Assembly: GCA_963667255.1 (NCBI GenBank) | Contig: OY762940.1 | Span: 864,001 to 928,000 of the forward strand | From: Candidatus Cloacimonadota bacterium | Lineage (GTDB): Bacteria > Cloacimonadota > Cloacimonadia > G963667145 | DNA length: 64,000 nucleotides | Direction of reading: 5' to 3' | In this document: positions 19,802 through 29,854 of the stretch, piece by piece | Numbering within the stretch: the first letter of the stretch is position 1 | Layout: the number at the start of each line of letters is the position of its first letter | Translations under genes and position numbers: made by a program | The notes under the pieces: model-generated | Told to the model about the DNA's origin: nothing | The model's input: only the letters and a program-made list of their open reading frames with translations | Databases searched by the model: none

Positions 19802-20625
19802 TGAACGGAAACAAATTAGTAAGAGTTGAGAGTTTGTCCGACCTTTTTGCGAAGAGTGCGTCTTGTAAGGATAATTTCTGTTATTTGGCAGGCGGAACGG
19901 ACATCAATGTGCAAATCAGCAAACAGATGATAAAAGACAGCACTCTTTATTTTATCTCCAATTTGGATGAACTCAAGGGCATCTTGGTAAACGGCGATGA
20001 ACTTGTGATTGGTTCAGGCGAGACTTTTGGCAATATCATAAATTCAAAGTTGGTTAAGTCCAAAGTTCCTTTCTTGAGCGATTCTTTGGTAAATTTTGCC
20101 TCACCTCTTTTGCAAAACGCCGCTACTATCGGGGGCAACATCGCTAACGGCTCTCCTACTGCCGATGCCACTCCTTTGTTGTTGGCTTTGGATGCTGATG
20201 TTGTGCTGGTTTCCGCAGAGGGTGAACGACGGGTCAAACTTTGCGAATATTTTACAGGATACAAGAAATCTGTATTGAAAAAGGGCGAGCTTGTTAAAGC
20301 CGTGGCGATTAAAATTGAAGACGGGAAGAGCTATTTTTATAAGAAAGTCAGTTCCAGAAAATCTTTGACTATTGCTAAGGTCTCGTTGGCTGCTGTTTAC
20401 AGCAAAGATGGCGATAAATTTGACAGCTTGAGGATTGCCGTGGGTAGCCTGAACGAATATGCAAGAAGATTGCCCAAAGTGGAAAAGGTGCTTTTGGGCG
20501 GTGGAAGTGACGATGAACTTAAAAAGGCTTTGCAAGCCGAAATTACTCCGATTACCGATTTGAGGTCGGATGCCGAATACCGTTTTGATGTCGCTTGTAA
20601 TTTAATTAACTCATTGAGAAATTAA
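19798..20625 (+). CDS. Xanthine/CO dehydrogenase-type FAD-binding medium subunit (CoxM-like)
   Basis: LAGGTD, QNAATIGGNIANGSPTAD, PITDLRSDAEYR. Confidence 0.9.
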   Translation: MMNGNKLVRVESLSDLFAKSASCKDNFCYLAGGTDINVQISKQMIKDSTLYFISNLDELKGILVNGDELVIGSGETFGNIINSKLVKSKVPFLSDSLVNFASPLLQNAATIGGNIANGSPTADATPLLLALDADVVLVSAEGERRVKLCEYFTGYKKSVLKKGELVKAVAIKIEDGKSYFYKKVSSRKSLTIAKVSLAAVYSKDGDKFDSLRIAVGSLNEYARRLPKVEKVLLGGGSDDELKKALQAEITPITDLRSDAEYRFDVACNLINSLRN

Positions 20626-22328
20626 TGCAATATACAGTTTTAGCCAGAAAATATCGACCACAGACTTTTGAGCAGATTTATGCTCAAGACCATGTGACTA
20701 AGATTTTGGCAAGCTCTGTGGAAAAAGACAGAATTGCTGGAGCGTATTTATTTACCGGGCCAAGAGGAGTGGGGAAAACTTCCTTGGCTCGTATTTTTGC
20801 CAAAAGCCTGAATTGTCAGAATGGTCCGACCGTTACTCCTTGCGGAGAGTGTAGCAATTGCAAGGAGATAGAGAAAGCTATTTCCTACGATGTGGTGGAG
20901 ATAGATGGTGCGTCCAACACAGGAGTGGACGATATCAGGGAATTGCAGAAAGATTTGATGTTTTCCACGACCTCTTCGCGTTACAAGATTTACATCATAG
21001 ACGAGGTTCATATGCTCTCCACCAGTGCATTTAACGCACTATTGAAGACCTTGGAAGAGCCACCGGAAAGAGTTATTTTCTTGTTTGCCACTACAGAGCC
21101 ACAAAAAATTTTGCCCACGATTTTATCTCGTTGTCAGAGATTTGATTTGAAGAGGATTCCGTTTGGTGCTATCTTGGAAAATTTGCGGGCGATTTGCAAA
21201 AAGGAAGAGTTAGAGTTTGAAGAGAGTGCTTTGGCTATCATCGCTCGCAAAGCTGATGGCGGGATGCGTGATGCACTTTCTCTTTTAGACCAGATGATTT
21301 CCTATTCTGCCAAATCTATTCGTCGTGAAGATGTTTTGTTTATGTTTGGAGTGATTTCTTGGCAGGTGTATGTGGATATTTTGCAAAAGATTTCCGTGCA
21401 AGATACGGCAGGAGTTTTGGCGGAATTTACCCGAATTGTCGATGAAGGGAACAGTGTTTCGGAATTTATGACGGGATTTTTGGAATTTCTGAGTGCACTT
21501 TTGACTCTTTTTTATAATGGGGAAAGCGAAAATATTCCCGATACCATTGCCAAAGATGCCATGGAGGTCGCCCAAAAATTTGGGGAGAGGACTCTAATTT
21601 TGTTGATAGATATTTTGGCGGAAGCTGTGACCAAAATCAAATATTCAGCAAACCAAATTTTTGTTGCGGAGTTGTCGTTGATTCGGTTGTCCAAGGTGGA
21701 AAATCTCAAGTCTGTGGACAAGATAATTTCGTATCTGACGAGCAGTGCAAAGGTAAAAAGCGGGCAGTCGAGTGTTTCGGCGAATGTTGAGGAGAAGCAA
21801 AAGATTTCGGTTAATTTTGCGGATACAAACAAAATTAGTGCTAAAAGCTCTCCCGATGTTACACCTGTGAGAAATGTGCCTGAGAATGTTGAAAATGCTG
21901 AAGAGAAAGATGTTACGGCTTCGGAGCAATCGGATAAGAGTTTGACTCAAGCGGAGTTTGATACGGCTTTGCCCGAAATTAACGAACTTCTGAAAGAGAA
22001 TGAGTTCGGTGTTTATGTGACCAATTTTTTTGGTGCGTATCCGAAGAAAGTTTTGCAAGGGAATTTATTGCAAATCGAGTTGCCTAATGCGTTTGAATTG
22101 TCCTCTTTTGAGAGCGATAAGGAGATGCTGACGAAATTTTTGTCGCAATATTTTGGTGTGAAGTTGCAATTGTTCATGAAGGTGAATGAGTCTCTCCATT
22201 CGGATGTCCAAGTGGAGAAAAAAGCTGATTTGCCGGTGTCTGCCGAAGAAAAGTTTGCAAAAATTGAAAAAGAGTATCCTAAAGTCGCAGAATTTATCAA
22301 AGAGATTGATGGCGAGATAGTCCGATAG
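20625..22328 (+). CDS. dnaX: DNA polymerase III gamma/tau subunit
   Basis: LARKYRPQTF, GPRGVGKT, CGECSNC, IIDEVHML, NALLKTLEEPP, SRCQRF, GGMRDA. Confidence 0.97.
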   Translation: MQYTVLARKYRPQTFEQIYAQDHVTKILASSVEKDRIAGAYLFTGPRGVGKTSLARIFAKSLNCQNGPTVTPCGECSNCKEIEKAISYDVVEIDGASNTGVDDIRELQKDLMFSTTSSRYKIYIIDEVHMLSTSAFNALLKTLEEPPERVIFLFATTEPQKILPTILSRCQRFDLKRIPFGAILENLRAICKKEELEFEESALAIIARKADGGMRDALSLLDQMISYSAKSIRREDVLFMFGVISWQVYVDILQKISVQDTAGVLAEFTRIVDEGNSVSEFMTGFLEFLSALLTLFYNGESENIPDTIAKDAMEVAQKFGERTLILLIDILAEAVTKIKYSANQIFVAELSLIRLSKVENLKSVDKIISYLTSSAKVKSGQSSVSANVEEKQKISVNFADTNKISAKSSPDVTPVRNVPENVENAEEKDVTASEQSDKSLTQAEFDTALPEINELLKENEFGVYVTNFFGAYPKKVLQGNLLQIELPNAFELSSFESDKEMLTKFLSQYFGVKLQLFMKVNESLHSDVQVEKKADLPVSAEEKFAKIEKEYPKVAEFIKEIDGEIVR

Positions 22329-22434
22329 TTTTGGTGTTTAGAAAAAACATTTACAATCAATCTTCTTCTTTTTTTTTTGTTCATGAAAGAAAACGAGATT
22401 ATTAAAATATAAAATATGGAATAAGGGAAATTTA

Positions 22435-24078
22435 ATGAGTACTAAACATATTTTTGTCTTGGGTGGGGTGCTATCTTCGCTTGGTAAAGGCGTTGCGGCT
22501 TCCAGTATAGGCTTGTTGTTGAAGAAAATGAATTATCGGGTTAATATGCAGAAGCTTGACCCGTATCTGAATGTTGACCCGGGGACAATGAGTCCTTATC
22601 AGCATGGGGAAGTTTTCGTTACCGATGATGGAGCTGAAACCGATTTGGATTTGGGGCATTATGAGAGATTTATAGATGAATCTCTGAGTCAAAATTCTAA
22701 CGCCACTTCTGGCAAGATTTACGAGACGGTGATTTCCAAAGAGAGAAAAGGTGAATATTTGGGGAAAACCGTTCAGGTGATTCCGCACATTACGGATGAG
22801 ATAAAGAGGATAATCTACGCTGCCAGAGAAGGTTATGATGTGGTGATTACTGAGATTGGCGGGACAGTAGGAGATATAGAGTCGTATCAGTTTTTGGAGG
22901 CAATCAGGCAGTTTACTTTGCAAGAGTCGGCAGAAGATTGCATGGTGATTTTGCTGACTTATGTGCCGTTTATCAAAGCTGCCGGCGAGCTGAAAACCAA
23001 GCCGACACAGCACGCTGCTGTGAAATTAAGAGAAATTGGCTTGCATCCGGATATGCTTTTTTGCAGGAGCGAGTTGCCTTTTTCCGACGAGATAAAAGAA
23101 AAGATAGCTTTGTTTACCAATGTGAGGTCGAATAATGTCGTCAATGCAATAGATGTGAATTCGATTTACAAGTGTCCGGGAAGTTTTATGGGACAAAATG
23201 TTCACAGTTTGGTGTGCAAGAGATTGGCACTGGAGGAGAGGAAAATCGATTTTGGCGATTGGCAAGCGATGATAGATGCTATCGATAATCCGCAAGGAGA
23301 GGTGGAGATAGCTGTTTGCGGTAAATATGTGGAACATCAAGATGCGTATAAGAGCATCGTCGAGGCGTTTGTTCATTCGGGAGCTTACAACAAAGTCAAG
23401 GTCAAAATTAAGTGGGTTGACACTCGAGTGGTAACGGAGGCGGAGGATGTGGAGCAGGTTTTGCAAGGCGTTGATGGCATTTTAATACCGGGAGGATTTG
23501 ACAAAAATGGCACTGGCGGCAAAATCTTGGCGGCAAAATATTCTCGGGAGAATAGTATTCCGTTTTTCGGTATTTGTCTCGGGATGCAAATCGCTTGCAT
23601 AGAGATTGCCAGAAATGTTTGCAACTTGGCTGATGCTAATTCCAGTGAGTTTGATGCGAAAACAACAAATCCGATTATTCACATTATGGAAGATAAAAAA
23701 TATTTAGAAAATTACGGTGGAACTTTGCGATTGGGAGCTTATGAGTGTGATTTGTCAGAAGGTAGTTTGGCAAGAGAAATCTATAATCAGCCCAAAACAA
23801 GAGCAAGACATCGTCATCGTTATGAGTTCAACAATGCGTATCGAGAGACTTTGCAGGATGTTGGTCTTAAGATTTCCGGACTGTCGCCCGACGGAATGTT
23901 GGTGGAGATAGTTGAGTTTCCGAGCCATCCGTTTTTCGTGGGTGTGCAATATCATCCGGAATTTTTGTCCAGACCGACTAAACCTGAGCCTATTTTCAGA
24001 GATTTTGTCAAAGCTTGCATCGCATATAAGGCTCAAAAAAAAGATAAGGGGTTATTATGTCAGAGTTCAGTAATTTAA
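22435..24078 (+). CDS. pyrG: CTP synthase
   Basis: GGVLSSLGKG, KLDPYLNVDPGTMSP, GICLGMQ, RHRHRYE, QYHPEF. Confidence 0.98.
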   Translation: MSTKHIFVLGGVLSSLGKGVAASSIGLLLKKMNYRVNMQKLDPYLNVDPGTMSPYQHGEVFVTDDGAETDLDLGHYERFIDESLSQNSNATSGKIYETVISKERKGEYLGKTVQVIPHITDEIKRIIYAAREGYDVVITEIGGTVGDIESYQFLEAIRQFTLQESAEDCMVILLTYVPFIKAAGELKTKPTQHAAVKLREIGLHPDMLFCRSELPFSDEIKEKIALFTNVRSNNVVNAIDVNSIYKCPGSFMGQNVHSLVCKRLALEERKIDFGDWQAMIDAIDNPQGEVEIAVCGKYVEHQDAYKSIVEAFVHSGAYNKVKVKIKWVDTRVVTEAEDVEQVLQGVDGILIPGGFDKNGTGGKILAAKYSRENSIPFFGICLGMQIACIEIARNVCNLADANSSEFDAKTTNPIIHIMEDKKYLENYGGTLRLGAYECDLSEGSLAREIYNQPKTRARHRHRYEFNNAYRETLQDVGLKISGLSPDGMLVEIVEFPSHPFFVGVQYHPEFLSRPTKPEPIFRDFVKACIAYKAQKKDKGLLCQSSVI

Positions 24079-25073
24079 ATTTTGATAAGTTTAAGAATGG
24101 CAATAAGCAAGGTTTGCCAAATTTGCCGAAGTTGCCGAATTTTTCGGGGAAAAAGGCTTTCTTTGGAGTGATTGCTATTTTTGTGTTGGTGTTTGTCTAT
24201 TCAGGATTTTACACTATCGAGCCGGATGAAGCCGGTATCGTTTTGCGATTTGGGAAATATCAAGCCACAACGGAGCCAGGACTTCATTTCAAGTTGCCTT
24301 TGGGAATTGATAATGTAACTAAAGTGAAGATTACGAGGGTGCATAAGGTTGAGTTTGGATTTCGCACGGTTTCTGCCGGAGTGGTTTCCAAGTTTGATAA
24401 TCGTGACTATCCTGATGAGTCTCTGATGCTCACGGGTGATTTGAATATTGCCGATGTGCAATGGATTGTGCAATATCAAATCAAAGAGCCGTGTAAGTTT
24501 TTGTTCAATATAAGAGATGTGGAGACGACAATCCGCAATTTGTCTGAATCTGTGATGCGTGGATTGGTAGGAGACCGCTCGGTTGACGAGGTGATAGTGA
24601 TGGACAGGCAGCAAATTGCCGAAGATGCCAAAGAGAAGTTGCAGAAGAGTTTGGACGAGTATGAAGCGGGAGTGAAGATAAATGTAATAAAACTACAGAA
24701 TGTAAATCCTCCCAAAGCTGTGCAAGCTGCTTTTAATGAAGTAAACTCTGCCAAGCAAGAGCAGGAGAAGATTGTCAATCAAGCATGGCAAAATTACAAT
24801 AAGATAATTCCCGAGGCTAAGGGTAAGGCGAAACAGATTTTGGAACAAGCTGAAGGTTATGCTATCAACAAAATAAATCGTGCCAAGGGTGATGCTGATA
24901 GATTTAATCAAATCTATGATAAATACAAATCTGCCAAGACAGTAACAAGAACAAGAATGTATATTGAAGCGTTGCAAGTGGCGTTGCCTCAGGTGAATAA
25001 AATCTATATAGTGGACAAAGACCAGAAATCGATTTTACCGTTGCTGGATTTGACCAAGGGAGGCGTGAAATGA
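24057..25073 (+). CDS. hflK: FtsH modulator HflK
   Basis: TM helix plus SPFH domain, MLTGDLNIADV, AFNEVNSA, RAKGDADRF. Confidence 0.93.
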   Translation: MSEFSNLNFDKFKNGNKQGLPNLPKLPNFSGKKAFFGVIAIFVLVFVYSGFYTIEPDEAGIVLRFGKYQATTEPGLHFKLPLGIDNVTKVKITRVHKVEFGFRTVSAGVVSKFDNRDYPDESLMLTGDLNIADVQWIVQYQIKEPCKFLFNIRDVETTIRNLSESVMRGLVGDRSVDEVIVMDRQQIAEDAKEKLQKSLDEYEAGVKINVIKLQNVNPPKAVQAAFNEVNSAKQEQEKIVNQAWQNYNKIIPEAKGKAKQILEQAEGYAINKINRAKGDADRFNQIYDKYKSAKTVTRTRMYIEALQVALPQVNKIYIVDKDQKSILPLLDLTKGGVK

Positions 25074-26011
25074 AATCTTGGAAATTTGGTGTGCTCATTA
25101 TTGTAGTGGTTTTGGTTGCTTTCAATAGTCTTTATACAGTGCAAGAGGGTAAACAAGCTATAGTTACGCAGTTTGGAGAGCCTGTCGGAGGTGCGATTAC
25201 GGAGGCAGGGTTGAAGTTTAAGATTCCTTTTATCCAAAAAGTTCACTTTTTTGATGAGCGAATTTTGGAATGGGACGGTGACCCGCAACAGATACCGACT
25301 GCTGACAAAAGATATATTTGGATAGATATGTTTTCGCGTTGGCAAATCGAAGACCCACTCAAGTTCTATCAAACGGTGCAAATGGAAAAATTGGCTCAAG
25401 GCAGATTGGACGATGTCATTTCCGGCTCGGCACGAGATATTATCTCTTCCAATAAGCTGATAAGCATAGTCAGGTCAACCAACAGAAAGATGTCCTATTC
25501 GGAAGATACGGAGTCTGAGGTTGCAGTGGAAGCGGTAAAAGTGGATATTGGAAGAGGCGAATTGGAGAAAATGATTTTTGATTTGGCGAGAGGCGAAGTT
25601 GCAAAATACGGAATCAGGTTGATAGATGTAAAGGTTAAGCGGATAAATTATGTGAAGGATGTGCGGGAGAAAGTTTATGAGAGGATGATTTCTGAGCGAC
25701 AACGGATTGCCGAAAAATATCGTTCACTTGGTAAGGGGAAAAAGGCTGAAATAGAAGGTATGAAGAGCAGAGAGTTGGACAATATAGAATCTGCTGCTTA
25801 TCAAAAGGCTCAATCCATAAAGGGTAAAGCCGATGCGACTGCGATAGCGATTTATGCCAAAGCCTACAACAAAGACCCTGAATTTTACCATTTTACAAAA
25901 TCTTTGGAAGCTTATAGAGAGGTTATGTCCGACAAATCAGAACTTATCTTGACGACCGATTCGGAATTGTTTAAGTATTTGAATGGCAGTTCATTGAGAA
26001 GTGGAAACTAG
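25070..26011 (+). CDS. hflC: FtsH modulator HflC
   Basis: IVTQFG, FKIPFIQ, VYERMISER, AYNKDPEFY; paired with hflK. Confidence 0.93.
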   Translation: MKSWKFGVLIIVVVLVAFNSLYTVQEGKQAIVTQFGEPVGGAITEAGLKFKIPFIQKVHFFDERILEWDGDPQQIPTADKRYIWIDMFSRWQIEDPLKFYQTVQMEKLAQGRLDDVISGSARDIISSNKLISIVRSTNRKMSYSEDTESEVAVEAVKVDIGRGELEKMIFDLARGEVAKYGIRLIDVKVKRINYVKDVREKVYERMISERQRIAEKYRSLGKGKKAEIEGMKSRELDNIESAAYQKAQSIKGKADATAIAIYAKAYNKDPEFYHFTKSLEAYREVMSDKSELILTTDSELFKYLNGSSLRSGN

Positions 26012-26456
26012 TATAGACGAAAAGTTTATGAAAATAGCCCTCGAGCAGGCGAAGAAATCTGCTGAAATCGGGGGAATACCCATTGGTGCTGTGTTGGTGA
26101 AAGACGGCAAGGTGTGTGCTATGGCTTGCAACGGAGATAAACCCAACAGGATTGCTCATGCCGAGAAGTTGGTGATAGAGGAGATGATAAGCCGAGGGGA
26201 GATATATTTTTACGATTACACTTTATATGTTACTTTGGAGCCGTGTGTGATGTGTGCAGGATTGATACAATGGGCAAGAGTTGGCAGAGTGGTGTATGGA
26301 GCGAGCGATCCTAAATCGGGTGCCATGGGCTCTCTCTATGACATTGCCGGAGATAGACGATTGAATTTCAATCCTGAGGTTACAAAGGGTGTGATGGCAG
26401 ATGATTGTGGGGGAATTTTGAAAGAATATTTTAAAATCAGAAGAGGACTAAAATGA
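26001..26456 (+). CDS. tadA: tRNA adenosine(34) deaminase
   Basis: PIGAVLV, AHAE, TLEPCVMCAG, YGASDPKSGA, YFKIRR. Confidence 0.88.
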   Translation: METSIDEKFMKIALEQAKKSAEIGGIPIGAVLVKDGKVCAMACNGDKPNRIAHAEKLVIEEMISRGEIYFYDYTLYVTLEPCVMCAGLIQWARVGRVVYGASDPKSGAMGSLYDIAGDRRLNFNPEVTKGVMADDCGGILKEYFKIRRGLK

Positions 26457-26893
26457 GAGGAATTGTTATTTATTTTTCTTTTGATGGGAAGGTAGAAAAG
26501 TTTGCGAAAAAGGTAGCTGATAAATGTTGCTATCTTGCTTTACCAATTAGTTTGAAGAAATCTGCAGGAAATCTAACAGGTAAGTTTGATGCAGAGTTTG
26601 AGGATTTTGAAGTTAATTATGACGATTACGATATTATAATTTTCGGATTTTCCGATGAGTTGAACAGCTTTATGCCGGCATTAAAAAAATTTTATGGCAA
26701 ATATCCTCTTCGCAAGAAAAGTATAGCTACTTTTTCTATTAATTCCAAAGGTGAAAGAGAGAATTTTTTGCGGCAAGTTGTCTTTTTTTTCAAGAAAAAT
26801 AAGATAGTTAAGGCTCAAAGAATTAGGTTGGAAGGTCTTGGAGAACAAAGCATTACTCACTTAGCAAATATTTTTTGTAGAGGATTGTATTGA
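26453..26893 (+). CDS. Flavodoxin-like fold protein with degenerate FMN loop
   Basis: IVIYFSFDGKVEKFA, DYDIIIFG, KSIATF. Confidence 0.5.
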   Translation: MRGIVIYFSFDGKVEKFAKKVADKCCYLALPISLKKSAGNLTGKFDAEFEDFEVNYDDYDIIIFGFSDELNSFMPALKKFYGKYPLRKKSIATFSINSKGERENFLRQVVFFFKKNKIVKAQRIRLEGLGEQSITHLANIFCRGLY

Positions 26894-27141
26894 GCATATT
26901 TGAGATTGTGATGCTTTTGTGTTTCGGAGCGAGTTGGCCAGTGAGCATTGCCAAGGCGTTGCGAACTAAAAAGGTTGATGGAAAGAGTCCTCTTTTTTTG
27001 GCGTTGTTGCTTTTGGGCTATGCTTGCGGGATTTTGCACAAACTGTTTTATAACATGGATGTTGTAGTTTTGCTCTATGCTTTCAACTCTTGTTTGGTTA
27101 GTGTGGATTTGTTTTTGTATTATAAATATAGGACTGATTAG
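26890..27141 (+). CDS. Small PQ-loop/SemiSWEET-like membrane protein
   Basis: 83 aa, three TM helices, FGASWP.SI.K..RTK...GKS. Confidence 0.65.
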   Translation: MSIFEIVMLLCFGASWPVSIAKALRTKKVDGKSPLFLALLLLGYACGILHKLFYNMDVVVLLYAFNSCLVSVDLFLYYKYRTD

Positions 27142-27142
27142 A

Positions 27143-27529
27143 ATGCATTTTTCTTTTATAAATTCGGGGTTTTCGACCGTTTTTTTGTTGCTATTTTCCA
27201 ATGTTTTTATGACGATTGCTTGGTATGGTCATCTGAAGATGAGAGAGTTTAGTTGGTTTGGCTCTTTGGGGCTGTTCGCCATTATTCTTATCAGTTGGGG
27301 GATAGCTTTTTTTGAGTATATTTTCCAAGTGCCTGCTAATAAAATCGGTTATTCCGGAAATGGTGGACCGTTTAATCTGTGGCAACTGAAGGTTATCCAA
27401 GAAGCTATCTCTTTAATCGTTTTCACTCTCTTCACTTTGGTTGTATTCAAGACGGAGACACTGCGACTAAACCATATTATTGGTTTCGTGCTTTTAGTCT
27501 TGGCGGTGTATTTTCTTTTTAAGAAGTAA
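27143..27529 (+). CDS. DMT-family small membrane protein (DUF486-like)
   Basis: SNVFMTIAWYGHLK, SWGIAFFEY..QVPAN, QLKVIQE. Confidence 0.85.
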   Translation: MHFSFINSGFSTVFLLLFSNVFMTIAWYGHLKMREFSWFGSLGLFAIILISWGIAFFEYIFQVPANKIGYSGNGGPFNLWQLKVIQEAISLIVFTLFTLVVFKTETLRLNHIIGFVLLVLAVYFLFKK

Positions 27530-27559
27530 GTTGTTAGTTGGTTGTGATTTACCAGTAAA

Positions 27560-28231
27560 CTACTTGTTCTTCTTTTCCCAAACTATTTCCGCTTGTGATT
27601 TGCGAAGATACATAGGTTCGAGATTGCAGAGAGAGTCAAAATCGAATTTCAAATCAGGTTTCGCCATAGTCAGCAGGTAAGAGGATAGTGGCAATTTTTG
27701 TGCGGAGTCGGCAAAAGTCAGTTTGAGATGAGTCGCAAACTCTTTGATTATTTCGTAGTTATCGCCAGTGATGATGAACTCACCAGAAATTTTTGAGAAG
27801 AAATCTCCAATTTTGTAACAGTTCGGTTGAATGAGAGGATTTAGATTTTGGTCGTAAACCGCAGCGTAAATCTCCTTGGTTTTGGCATCGGAGAAGCTGA
27901 TGATATTTTTCCCCAAATTGGCAAAGGTGGCTGCTCGCATTTGCAGAGAACAGACTGGCAATAGCGGTATAGAATGCGGAAAAGCAAGACCTTTGGCTGT
28001 GGCAAGTCCTATCCTGATGCCTGTGAAAGAGCCCGGTCCGATGCTAAGCACAATCTGTTGCAAATCTTGCACTTGTAAATCGCAGTTTTGCAGGGCTTGG
28101 TCTATCATTTTCATCAGTTTGGAGCTGTGTGTTCCCTGAATATTCAGATAGGAAAGGAATTTGATTTCCCCGTCTTGTGCTATAGCGATGCTCCCCGAAG
28201 GCGAGTGCGAATCTATTGCCAGTATGTTCAT
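27560..28231 (-). CDS. tsaB: tRNA threonylcarbamoyladenosine biosynthesis protein TsaB
   Basis: ILAIDS, HSSKL, GPGSFTGIRIG, DAKTKEIY, LEPMYLR. Confidence 0.93.
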   Translation of the reverse strand: MNILAIDSHSPSGSIAIAQDGEIKFLSYLNIQGTHSSKLMKMIDQALQNCDLQVQDLQQIVLSIGPGSFTGIRIGLATAKGLAFPHSIPLLPVCSLQMRAATFANLGKNIISFSDAKTKEIYAAVYDQNLNPLIQPNCYKIGDFFSKISGEFIITGDNYEIIKEFATHLKLTFADSAQKLPLSSYLLTMAKPDLKFDFDSLCNLEPMYLRKSQAEIVWEKKNK

Positions 28232-28237
28232 TTTTCT

Positions 28238-29176
28238 TTATACCGTGAATTTTGCAGGTTTGCCATTGAGAACTGCGAAGCAATCGCCGAAAGACATTTG
28301 TGCCATTTTGGTGCGAGTTCCCAGTGTCCCAGAGCCGATGTGAGGAGCGATGACAACTTTGTCGTTGTTCATAAGTCCCTTATTTACAATTGGTTCATTC
28401 TCAAAAACATCCAGCCCGGCTCCAGCGATTTCTCCGTTGTTCAGAGCCTCGACCAAATCCTGCTCTTTGATGACAGCACCTCTGGCGGTGTTGACGATGA
28501 TAGCGGAATTTTTCATCATCTCGAACTCTTTTTTGGTGAATAGATGCTTGGTGGAGTTGTTCAGCGGGCAGTGCAGAGAGATGTAGTCGGACTCCTTGAT
28601 GAGCGTGTCCATATCGACCATTTTGCCACCGAGAGCATCCAATTCTGGATTTGGTTTGCGGGTGTAAAGAATTGGCATTCTAAAGCCTTGCGACATTTTG
28701 CCCATAGCCGTGCCGATGCGACCTGTGCCGATTATTCCCAGAGTTTTGCCGACGATGTCTTGACCCAACATCAAATCGGGAAGCCAGCATTTGAATTTGC
28801 CGGTTTGCATAAAGCGGTCGGATTCCACGATTTTTCTGGCAGTTGCCATCAGCAGAGCCCAAGCCAGTTCCGCAGTGGTGTCCGTGAGCACATCAGGAGT
28901 GTTGCAGACGATGATGCCCTTGCTCTTGGCGTAGTTGAAGTCGATGTTGTTGTAGCCCACAGCGTAGTTGCAGATGACTTTCAGATTGGGAGCAGAGTCG
29001 ATGATTTCGCGGTCGATTTTGTCAGCCAGCATACTCACGATGGCATCAGCGTCTTTGGCTTGCTCTTTGATTTTGTCGTAAGACATCAGCCCGTCCGATT
29101 TGTTGATGTATGTTTTGTAACCGAGAGAGGAGAAGTCGGGCATATATGGTAACTCTTTGGTAATTAAGATTTTCAT
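28238..29176 (-). CDS. D-isomer-specific 2-hydroxyacid dehydrogenase (glyoxylate reductase-like)
   Basis: AVGYNNID, NTPDVLT, GTGRIG, VNTARG, GLDVFENEP, PHIGS. Confidence 0.92.
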   Translation of the reverse strand: MKILITKELPYMPDFSSLGYKTYINKSDGLMSYDKIKEQAKDADAIVSMLADKIDREIIDSAPNLKVICNYAVGYNNIDFNYAKSKGIIVCNTPDVLTDTTAELAWALLMATARKIVESDRFMQTGKFKCWLPDLMLGQDIVGKTLGIIGTGRIGTAMGKMSQGFRMPILYTRKPNPELDALGGKMVDMDTLIKESDYISLHCPLNNSTKHLFTKKEFEMMKNSAIIVNTARGAVIKEQDLVEALNNGEIAGAGLDVFENEPIVNKGLMNNDKVVIAPHIGSGTLGTRTKMAQMSFGDCFAVLNGKPAKFTV

Positions 29177-29539
29177 TTTGTTCTCCTTTTGATTAAATAA
29201 AGTTAATTTAGAATGTTGAGATTGGGTGGAATGTCAAGAAAAGTTCTGTTCTTTCTTTTTCAGAATTGCTCTTACAGAGGGTCTCTTCTGCATAAGGGGA
29301 ATAAACAAGCAGTAGCTAATTAAATAGATATACACTCCCAAGTAAAACATGGGAGAGAGAGAAAGTCCAGACACATTTCCACCTCTCAAGCACAAAAGCA
29401 CCAAGCAATAGAATGGGCTTGTGCTTGACCATATGGGTTTTGGGATAGGACATCAGCACGAAAAGTAGAATGGATACCCACTTCCGTGAGTATGAGGGAA
29501 TAGAGAAGCAAGAAGTCCAAACATGCTTTGTCGCGTATG

Positions 29540-29567
29540 CGTTCCCAAGCCGGAGCTTGGGAACGAG
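29540..29567. repeat. REP-like palindrome, with an interrupted second copy at about 29619-29675
   Basis: CGTTCCCAAGC-CGGA-GCTTGGGAACG is a perfect 11-bp IR; GGAGCTTGGGAACGAGAA recurs near 29660. Confidence 0.7.
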
Positions 29568-29744
29568 AACTAACAAGACAAACCCAATAATTGCTCAGCG
29601 GTCAATGAAGCCAGTATACATTCCCAAGGCTGTCAAGCATAATGGAATTGTGCTTGGCTGGAGCTTGGGAACGAGAAAAGGTAACAATAACTGCATTTCA
29701 CGCCCTTGTTTTGGCGACTTTATGACAAAAGGAGGTTTCTTTTG

Positions 29745-29778
29745 GTTCAGTTTTCTTTCACGGCGAAAGAAAATGAAC
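29745..29778. repeat. Intergenic hairpin upstream of ileS
   Basis: GTTCA(G)TTTTCTTTC-ACGGC-GAAAGAAAATGAAC. Confidence 0.55.
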
Positions 29779-29854
29779 ATTGAACTCTTGACAGAATACA
29801 CCTTTCGCAAGATTTACTTTGAAAATTCAAAATCTAAAAAGGAGGAGGATTCAA

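Noticed and set aside
22369..22378. T10 tract upstream of pyrG as a phase-variable promoter element
   Set aside because: Homopolymers are common in this AT-rich DNA, and no clear promoter geometry supports it.
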